In this document: positions 57,287 through 64,000 of the stretch, piece by piece
Position numbering within the stretch: the first letter of the stretch is position 1
How the letters are laid out: each line of letters opens with the position of its first letter
From: an uncultured Alphaproteobacteria bacterium
GTDB lineage: Bacteria; Pseudomonadota; Alphaproteobacteria; RF32; CAG-239
Direction of reading: 5' to 3'
Length of the DNA: 64,000 nucleotides
Assembly (NCBI GenBank): GCA_910576955.1
Contig: CAJTJB010000004.1
Location: 712 to 64,711 of the forward strand
The notes under the pieces: generated by a model
The model's input: only the letters and a program-made list of their open reading frames with translations
Told to the model about the DNA's origin: nothing
The model's database searches: none
Program-made: the position numbers and the translations under genes

Positions 57287-58282
57287 ATGAAGAAACTGCT
57301 CGCCCTTTTGCTTTTTACCGCTGCAACCGCCAATGCCGCCGACGTGGTGATTAAATCGACCACCAACCGTGCCGAAACCGACATCGGCGATTATTGGATC
57401 GGCGAAGATTTTGCCGCAGGTTTCCGCAAACTGGGGCAAGAGGTTGACATTGACTATCGCGGTGAATATGCCCGCCCGCACACGCCTGAACCGGCGCTCA
57501 ATATTTATATGCGCGGCTATACCAAATTTACCCCGCCGTTTCCGGAAGGGACGAATGTGCTGTATGTCTATTATCCGATGTGGCACGGTAAAAGTTCCAC
57601 GCAACCGTTGAATAAGGCAGAATTAAACACCCGCGCGCCAATGCCCGCAGATACAAACCTTGATGATGACTTGCAAAACTTTGACCTAATCGCCGCCGCC
57701 TCGCCGACATACGCCGAAGAGCTGAAAGCCGCGGGGATAAATGCTGTCTACACGCCGCAGTTTACCAATCCCGAAAAGTTTTATCCTGCCCCCGATGACG
57801 CCCTTAAAACCGACATACTTTTCGTCGGCTCAAATTGGCACGACCGCACGAGTTTGCGCTATGCGATAGAAAGCGGATTTGATGTTGCCGTATATGGCTA
57901 TAACTGGAGCGGTGTTGTACCCGATGAAATGTACAAAGCGCCGTATATTGCCAACCACGAACTGAACCGTTATTACAGCTCGGCAAAGATTGTGCTGAAC
58001 GACCACCGTCCGGATATGAAAGCGGCGGGATTTGTCAACAACCGGATATATGACGCAACGGCAGCGGGAGCGTTGGTTATCTCCGACTATATGCCCGAGA
58101 TTGAGAAAGCCTACGGCGACACCGTGCCGATGTATAAAAATAAGGAAGAATTAGCCGCATTGCTGACATATTATCTGACCCACGAAGAAGAGCGGCAGGA
58201 AAAAGCCAAGCGGGCGCGTGAGATTACGCTCGAAAAATTTACCAACGTTGCAGCAGCGCGGCAGATTTTGGGGACGGAATAA
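57287..58282 (+). CDS. signal-peptide-bearing glycosyltransferase-like protein (CgeB/GT1 C-terminal-domain-like)
   Basis: MKKLLALLLFTAATANAA signal; ILFVGSNWH..NRIYDATAAGALVISDY..KAKRAREITLEKFT resembles GT1_2/CgeB-type C-terminal domain; 9-bp after protease gene. Confidence 0.6.
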   Translation: MKKLLALLLFTAATANAADVVIKSTTNRAETDIGDYWIGEDFAAGFRKLGQEVDIDYRGEYARPHTPEPALNIYMRGYTKFTPPFPEGTNVLYVYYPMWHGKSSTQPLNKAELNTRAPMPADTNLDDDLQNFDLIAAASPTYAEELKAAGINAVYTPQFTNPEKFYPAPDDALKTDILFVGSNWHDRTSLRYAIESGFDVAVYGYNWSGVVPDEMYKAPYIANHELNRYYSSAKIVLNDHRPDMKAAGFVNNRIYDATAAGALVISDYMPEIEKAYGDTVPMYKNKEELAALLTYYLTHEEERQEKAKRAREITLEKFTNVAAARQILGTE

Positions 58283-58524
58283 AGGGAACGGCGGTGCGCT
58301 TGCAGGAGGAGATTGCCACGGCTTGCTTTACTCACTCTGTTCGGACAAGGTGCCGGCGGCAGCTGCCCGAAATTATTGGGCGGAGAGTTTTCGAAAAATT
58401 TTAACTAAATTATAACCTTTTGATTATATAATACATTTATATCAGATAACAGCTCAAAATGTCATTTAATGCATGCAGCCTGTTCCTTTTGCTGTATGTT
58501 TGTTATAAAGAAGGGAGAGACGCG

Positions 58525-61500
58525 ATGGCAGTCAGAAAGAAATTTATAAAACGCAGTTTTGCATTGTTATCGGGGTGTTTGCTGTGCCTGCCGCGGGCGG
58601 AGGCCGCCTCTGAATATATCAATCAAGGGCAGACGGTGGATAAACTGACGCTTAACGGTTATGAAACGGATGTGTACAATTACGGTACAATCAATGAGCT
58701 TGCCGGCGTTGTGTCCGGTTTTTATACATGGGATTACGCTCCGGTTTATGTGGGCGAAACCGGAACAATAAATAATTTGACTGCAGCGTTTGAAAGCAAC
58801 GGTGTGAAGCCGTTAAGCGGTTATGGTAAATTTATTCAGGGCGGCGTGGTGGAAAATGGCGGCTATGTCGGTGTTATGTCCGGTAATTTTAATAATAACA
58901 ATACAGCTTTAAGTGATTCGGGGATGATACTCGGCGGTTCTGTTGCCGTGACGGGAAGTGTGGATACGCTTTCTTCAAACTTTAACGGCAACAGTGCGGA
59001 AGTGAATAACGGCGATGTGTACGGCGGTGTTGTATATGTCAGCGAAGGCGGAAATATCCGAGATACCGGCGGCGACTATACTAATAATTCGGCTGAAAGC
59101 AAGAACGGTTTTGTACAAGGCGGGGCAATTTATAACGGGGGTGTGATTGAGCATATCAGCGGCACTTTTTCCCGTAATGAGGCGGCGTCAGAGGGGAATA
59201 ATATTCAAGTTAACGGCGGCGCTTTGAGCAATTCGGGCGAAGTGGGAGAGCGTCCTTCCCTGCCGGCGGCTCTGCCGGCTTATGTCCGCGCAGAAGGAGA
59301 AACGGCTGCAATTGAGGCGGATTTTGTTTCAAATAAAGTAAAAGCGACCGGCGAGGGAAGTTTTGCAAAAGGCGGTGCGGTTTATAACGGTTCAAAGATA
59401 CAGGGCATTAACTCCGGTTTTATCGGCAATAAAGCCGAAGCTGCCGGCGGATATGCTTATGGCGGCGCTTTGGCAAACGAAGGAGCAATTGATAAAATCA
59501 GCGGCGAATTTTCCGGTAACAGCGCAACGGCACAAAAGATTGCTCATGGCGGTGCTTTGTTTAATTCACAAAGTCTGGGGGCGGTGAACGCAGATTTTTC
59601 CGGCAATAAGGCTGTTGCGGACGGTGAGGCCAATGAAGTCAACGGCGGCGCATTAAGCAACTGGGGCAGTGTGGGGAATTTTCCGCGCGAAGAGGCAGAA
59701 ATTTATTCTGCAGCCGTTCGTGCCGGCGACGAAACCGCCCTTCATGCTGATTTTGCTTTTAACAGTGCGGAAGCGTCCGGTGCCGGAAGTTATGCATGGG
59801 GCGGCGCCGTGTTAAATGTTGGCGATATTAACAATGTTGACGGTGTATACCAGAACAATACGGTAAAATCAACCGGAGCGGAAAGCTCTGCTGCCGGCGG
59901 TGCCTTTGCAAACTATGGCAAGGCCGGAAATATTAACGGCGTGTTTGACCGCAATTCGGCTGTGGCTAAAGGAGATAAAAGCTTTGCTTATTCCGGTGCA
60001 TTGCTGAACTGGACAGGCAGCTCGATTGATTCCGTTAATGCAACGTTTACAAACAATACGGTAAAAGCTTCAGGCACTGAAAGTTATGCATTGGGCGGCG
60101 CTTTGGGCAACTGGGCGGTTATGAATAATGTTACGGCAGACTTTTTGAATAATTCTGCTGCAGCCGAGGGAACAGACAGCCTTGCTGCCGGCGGTGCAGT
60201 TTATTCGGAAAACGGTATTTCGTTTGTTAATTCTAATTTTTATAATAACAGCGTGACCACGGCAGACGGCGCGCAGGGGCATGGCGGTGCAATTGCCGGT
60301 ACCGGTGTTGTGGTTGTGAGCGCAGACGGGCAAAACAGCGAGTTTAAGGGAAATACCGTCAACGGCGAAAGCAATGCCATTTATATGGCCGGCGGCGAAT
60401 TACGGCTTGAGGCTTATAACGGCGGCAAGGTTGTTTTTTATGATGATGTGGACGGTTCTGAAGAGCTGGGGTATGATATGAATATATCGGGTGATGCCGT
60501 ATCAACCGCAGAAGAGGGAGAAGCCACAAAAACCGCGCTTTCCTCCTCAAGCGAGATTTATATGGCAGATAACAAAGTTGACAACGTGTATAATATGAAC
60601 CTTAATGAAGGCGGTGTGCTGCATTTGGGCAAAGATACGGCCATGAACGTTTATAACTACAACGGTAACGGCGGCGTTTTGAAACTGGATATGGAAGTTA
60701 ATGAAGAAAACGAATATGTTAAAAACGGCATTATCAATGTGGCAAACGACGTGACCGGACACACGGATGTGTTGGTTAATTCGTTTAATGAAGAGGCATA
60801 TAACGGGGCGCAAAGCAAGTTTTTGATTGCACGGTATGATGATGAACAGACGGAATCGGATTTTCGGATTGCCGGTGTTGAGGGCAGCCCGTATGCGTGG
60901 ATTGCCGCGCGTAATCTTAATGCAGAAGATACGGAGGGCAGCACCTGGTATCTGGCTTTGAACGAAAAAGTGCCTTATCAACCGGAAATTACGGCGTATA
61001 CCGGTATGCAGCGGGCACTGCTGGAACAAAACCGCAGCATTGCCGACGGGGTTTCTTCCGGACTGGCATTTGAAAAGCTTCAAAAGTGCAACGGCTGCAG
61101 CTGTTCTCGCTACAGAAGACCGGTTAAACCGGAAAAGAGTCTTTGGGGGCATATCGGCTACAGAAACGCGAATATTAAAGCGCCGTCAGACATGGATGCA
61201 ACCGTTGAAGATTTAACCGCCGGTTTGGATTTGTATCGTGATTATGCACATCGTGCCGGCGTGTTTGCCGTTGCCGGAAAGGGCGAATATGATTTTTCGG
61301 GCAAAGGGGAATATTTCTCCAGATATAAATCTGACTTGGATATTAAGAGCTATACGGGTGGTTTGTATTATAAATATGACCGTAACCGACTGGCCTTTTT
61401 GGCAACTTTGTTTGCCGGCAAGTCTGATTTGGACGTGAAAGCCAAACAAAGCTATGTTGAGGCTTCGACTGATGCGATGCAATACGGGGCGTCTGCAGAG

Positions 61501-61923
61501 CTTGCCAGAAGTTTTGCCATTTCCAGATATTTGAGCCTTGAACCGAGTTTGGGATTGCGCTATATGGCTCTGGATATTGACAGCTTTGCCGATAATCGCG
61601 GCAAAACGATAGATTTTGACCTGATGCACTATCTGGAAGCAGAGTTAGGGCTGAAATTTGAATATAACTTCTGCAACGGCCGGTGCTCAAACAAACTGTA
61701 TGTTAAGCCGAGCGTGCTTAAAACCTTTGCCAAAGGGGCAAAAACCCGCATTACCAAAATGGCAGAAGCCAAAACTTATGATGACGAGGTGTTGGGACGG
61801 GTGGAAGCCGGCGGCTCTTTCGGAATTTCAAAAAGCCTTTCCGGATATGCCGCAGCGGGCTATACGTTTGGTGAAGACTATGACGCATACGATGTTAATG
61901 TCGGGCTGAATTATGCTTTTTAA
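58525..61923 (+). CDS. autotransporter with polymorphic-membrane-protein (Pmp)-type GGA[ILV]/FxxN passenger repeats and C-terminal beta-barrel
   Basis: Start at MAVRKKF (AAGGGAGA RBS); signal peptide; >15 GGA(L/V/I) and F..N repeats; C-terminal translocator domain ending ..VNVGLNYAF. Confidence 0.85.
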   Translation: MAVRKKFIKRSFALLSGCLLCLPRAEAASEYINQGQTVDKLTLNGYETDVYNYGTINELAGVVSGFYTWDYAPVYVGETGTINNLTAAFESNGVKPLSGYGKFIQGGVVENGGYVGVMSGNFNNNNTALSDSGMILGGSVAVTGSVDTLSSNFNGNSAEVNNGDVYGGVVYVSEGGNIRDTGGDYTNNSAESKNGFVQGGAIYNGGVIEHISGTFSRNEAASEGNNIQVNGGALSNSGEVGERPSLPAALPAYVRAEGETAAIEADFVSNKVKATGEGSFAKGGAVYNGSKIQGINSGFIGNKAEAAGGYAYGGALANEGAIDKISGEFSGNSATAQKIAHGGALFNSQSLGAVNADFSGNKAVADGEANEVNGGALSNWGSVGNFPREEAEIYSAAVRAGDETALHADFAFNSAEASGAGSYAWGGAVLNVGDINNVDGVYQNNTVKSTGAESSAAGGAFANYGKAGNINGVFDRNSAVAKGDKSFAYSGALLNWTGSSIDSVNATFTNNTVKASGTESYALGGALGNWAVMNNVTADFLNNSAAAEGTDSLAAGGAVYSENGISFVNSNFYNNSVTTADGAQGHGGAIAGTGVVVVSADGQNSEFKGNTVNGESNAIYMAGGELRLEAYNGGKVVFYDDVDGSEELGYDMNISGDAVSTAEEGEATKTALSSSSEIYMADNKVDNVYNMNLNEGGVLHLGKDTAMNVYNYNGNGGVLKLDMEVNEENEYVKNGIINVANDVTGHTDVLVNSFNEEAYNGAQSKFLIARYDDEQTESDFRIAGVEGSPYAWIAARNLNAEDTEGSTWYLALNEKVPYQPEITAYTGMQRALLEQNRSIADGVSSGLAFEKLQKCNGCSCSRYRRPVKPEKSLWGHIGYRNANIKAPSDMDATVEDLTAGLDLYRDYAHRAGVFAVAGKGEYDFSGKGEYFSRYKSDLDIKSYTGGLYYKYDRNRLAFLATLFAGKSDLDVKAKQSYVEASTDAMQYGASAELARSFAISRYLSLEPSLGLRYMALDIDSFADNRGKTIDFDLMHYLEAELGLKFEYNFCNGRCSNKLYVKPSVLKTFAKGAKTRITKMAEAKTYDDEVLGRVEAGGSFGISKSLSGYAAAGYTFGEDYDAYDVNVGLNYAF

Positions 61924-61948
61924 CAAATTGTGACATTGTGGGAGAAAA

Positions 61949-61982
61949 AGCTCTTCCGGTTTATCCGAAGGAGCTTTTTTTA
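61949..61982 (+). terminator. intrinsic terminator after autotransporter gene
   Basis: AGCTCTTCCGG-TTTAT-CCGAAGGAGCT (2 mismatches) + T8. Confidence 0.6.
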
Positions 61983-61985
61983 TAT

Positions 61986-62012
61986 CAAAAAACCACCGGA
62001 GAAGCCGGTGGT
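61986..62012 (-). terminator. intrinsic terminator for 62025..62429 (ACCACCGG-AGAAG-CCGGTGGT, T-run on minus strand)
   Basis: Perfect 8-bp stem, 12 nt after stop; back-to-back with previous terminator. Confidence 0.75.
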
Positions 62013-62024
62013 TTGGGGTGATGT

Positions 62025-62429
62025 TTAAGGTAACATCCGGTGGCTTCCTAAAGAGCCGACACCCGAAAGATAGATTGTTTCAGCCGGAGTGAACTTTTGC
62101 TCGGAAATAAAATTCAGGGCGCTGATAAGTTCAGTCGGAACCGGTTGTTCGTATGTTCCGCTTTCTATCTCCCATAAGGTTTTCTCAATAAATTTTGCAT
62201 TGTGCGTATCAACCTCCGTGGGATTTTCGAGCTGCTGCAAGTGCGTGAGTTTGTTTGTAAGCAGGGGGACGATTTCCTTTTTTGAGGCGACGTTAAACGC
62301 AATGATATGCACTTTTTCCAATTTACCTTTGTTGTTTTTGGTGGTAAACGTGTCAATCCAATGCAAATCTTTGTCGGCAAATTGAGGAGCCGGAATGAGC
62401 AAAATGCTCATCATAAAATACTTTTCCAT
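62025..62429 (-). CDS. hypothetical protein (134 aa)
   Basis: ORF with dedicated terminator; no domain. Confidence 0.45.
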   Translation of the reverse strand: MEKYFMMSILLIPAPQFADKDLHWIDTFTTKNNKGKLEKVHIIAFNVASKKEIVPLLTNKLTHLQQLENPTEVDTHNAKFIEKTLWEIESGTYEQPVPTELISALNFISEQKFTPAETIYLSGVGSLGSHRMLP

Positions 62430-62700
62430 ACAAAAAAATTTTAGATGTACAACAATAATTTTTAATTTACGCTGTTGCTTATAACATATTTTTTTATTTA
62501 ATGCAACTAAAAAATGCTTGCAAAATAAATTTTGGCGGTTAAAATGCGGGGCTATGGAAAAGATTGGTTTTACAAATAACGCGATGATGCGAATGATGAT
62601 GGGTTATATCAGGCAATAACGCACCCGTCGGCGCTATGGAAAATCAATTTTTAAGAGGCGGGGCAATCCCGTTTTTTTTATTTTTGCAAAGGAAGCCATA

Positions 62701-64000
62701 ATGAAGAAATATATCACTACTCCGATTTATTATATTAACGGCGCGCCGCATATCGGGCACGCATACACCACCATTTTGGGCGATGTTTTAAAAAAGTTTG
62801 AAACGATGCGCGGCACCGAGGTTTTTTACACCACCGGAACAGATGAACACGGGCAGAAAAACCAATCGAGCCAGCAGGAAAGCGGTTTGGAACTTAAAGA
62901 CTTTTTGAAAATGCGCAGTGATAATTTCCGCAACCTCTTTGACAAGATGGATATTGACTATGACTTTTTTGTACGCACCTCCACAGACGAACACAAAGCG
63001 GTGGTGACAGACGCGCTGAACTATATTTTCAACAAAGGGCTTGTGAAGAAAAAATCTTATGAGGGGCTGTATTGCGAGGGGTGCGAACAGTTTAAAAAGC
63101 CGTCGGATTTGGACGAACACGGCAATTGCCCTGACCACCAGAAAGCGCCGAAACTCATCACCGAAGAAAACTACTTCTTCCCGCTTGAAGAGCACCGCCA
63201 ATGGCTGATTGACTACATCAACACGCATCCGGACTGGATTAAGCCGGCACGCTATGCGAAAGAGGTTTTGGGAATGCTCAAAGAGCCGCTGGATGACCTC
63301 TGCATTTCCCGTCCGAAAAGCCGCGTTTGGCTCGGCGTTGAGCTGCCGTTTGATAAGGATTTTGTGACCTACATCTGGTTTGATGCGCTCATTAACTATA
63401 TTTCCTCCATCGGGTGGAAGTCTGATGGCGATAATACGGCATTTAACGCGCTGTGGGAACACTCGACGCATTTGCTAGCGAAAGATATTTTGAAGACACA
63501 CGCCGTTTATTGGCCGATTATGCTCAAAGCTTTAGGCATTAACCCGCCGGAGCACCTGATTGTGCACGGTTACTGGCTCGGTGAGGGCGGTATTAAGATG
63601 TCCAAATCTCTCGGCAATGTGGTTGACCCGTACGAGGTGATGGATTTGATGGGGATTGAACCGTTGCGTTTTTACCTTTGCAACGCGATGTCTTTGACCA
63701 ACGATTCGCAGATTAGCGTTGATTTGCTCAAGCAGGGCTATAAAGTTTTAGCAAATAATATCGGCAACCTGCAGATGCGCGTGTTGAAGATGATTGCCAA
63801 GAGCACGGGCGGCAAAGTTCCGGCAAATGTTTCGCTTGCGGCGGAAGACAAGGCGCTGCTGGAGGGGATTGCAAACACGTTTGATCGCATTTATAAATAC
63901 GGCGACAGTTCTTTGGAAACCGTGTCCGAACTCTCTAACGAGATTTTGAAAGCGGGCGGCGACGTCAATGCGTATTTTGCTGCTAACGAGCCGTGGGTTT
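62701..64000 (+). CDS. metG: methionine--tRNA ligase (5' portion; continues beyond window)
   Basis: MKKYITTPIYYINGAPHIGHAYTTILGDVL (HIGH), zinc-knuckle CEGCEQF..CPDH, KMSKS (IKMSKSLGN); AAAGGAAG RBS; not in ORF track because no stop in window. Confidence 0.9.
   Translation, partial: MKKYITTPIYYINGAPHIGHAYTTILGDVLKKFETMRGTEVFYTTGTDEHGQKNQSSQQESGLELKDFLKMRSDNFRNLFDKMDIDYDFFVRTSTDEHKAVVTDALNYIFNKGLVKKKSYEGLYCEGCEQFKKPSDLDEHGNCPDHQKAPKLITEENYFFPLEEHRQWLIDYINTHPDWIKPARYAKEVLGMLKEPLDDLCISRPKSRVWLGVELPFDKDFVTYIWFDALINYISSIGWKSDGDNTAFNALWEHSTHLLAKDILKTHAVYWPIMLKALGINPPEHLIVHGYWLGEGGIKMSKSLGNVVDPYEVMDLMGIEPLRFYLCNAMSLTNDSQISVDLLKQGYKVLANNIGNLQMRVLKMIAKSTGGKVPANVSLAAEDKALLEGIANTFDRIYKYGDSSLETVSELSNEILKAGGDVNAYFAANEPWV

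Overview
The 64-kb window is a GC-heterogeneous mosaic of a proteobacterial chromosome. Inference: FtsZ carries a long C-terminal linker ending in [11 protein letters not shown], which is alphaproteobacterial-like; the content suggests a host-associated lifestyle.

Core, higher-GC housekeeping genes can be called with confidence:
- lon
- a truncated dcw cluster, mraY-ftsW-murB-ftsQ-ftsA-ftsZ
- a Neisseria-LptA-like lipid A phosphoethanolamine transferase (eptA) and queH
- an aldo/keto reductase and dxs
- tmk, a PBP5-type DD-carboxypeptidase, rlpA and holB
- tatD, an MBL-fold hydrolase, a DHH/DHHA1 (NrnA-like) phosphoesterase and tadA
- hisS, rplK-rplA, a BepA-like M48/TPR protease and metG (partial, runs off the window end)
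- two tRNA-Ala genes in inverted orientation, only about 1 kb apart

These alternate with low-GC accessory patches:
- an XRE-family regulator divergent from a 948-aa lipoprotein-like secreted protein
- a tandem pair of paralogous HAD hydrolases
- two GH24 (T4-lysozyme-like) proteins, one followed by a signal-peptide protein flanked by 76-bp direct repeats (candidate toxin/immunity cassette)
- an ankyrin-repeat protein
- two tandem LRR-like repeat paralogs sharing a near-identical 5' block
- a cluster of SD-less orphan genes with an intragenic 42-nt tandem repeat
- an orphan protein with a PARP/ART-like H-G-T motif sitting between the two tRNA-Ala genes
- a Pmp-repeat autotransporter

The most striking sequence-level property is an unusually dense set of mosaic (BIME-like) intergenic repeat clusters. 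They are built from:
- G/C palindromes (CCYCTCCC..GGGAGRGG and CCCCTTCCC..GGAAGGGG)
- a GGGAGATCCCTTGA-[variable inner palindrome]-CGAGGGATGAC element
- a 'GTCATTGCGAGG' palindromic family that also forms MITE-like inverted pairs
- a structured 100-170-bp element ending in an intrinsic terminator, present in at least 4 copies and a candidate sRNA or MITE

No CRISPR array, cas gene, integrase, transposase or rRNA is visible. Coordinates for repeats, tRNAs and terminators were counted by hand and may be off by 1-2 nt; CDS ends follow the ORF track.
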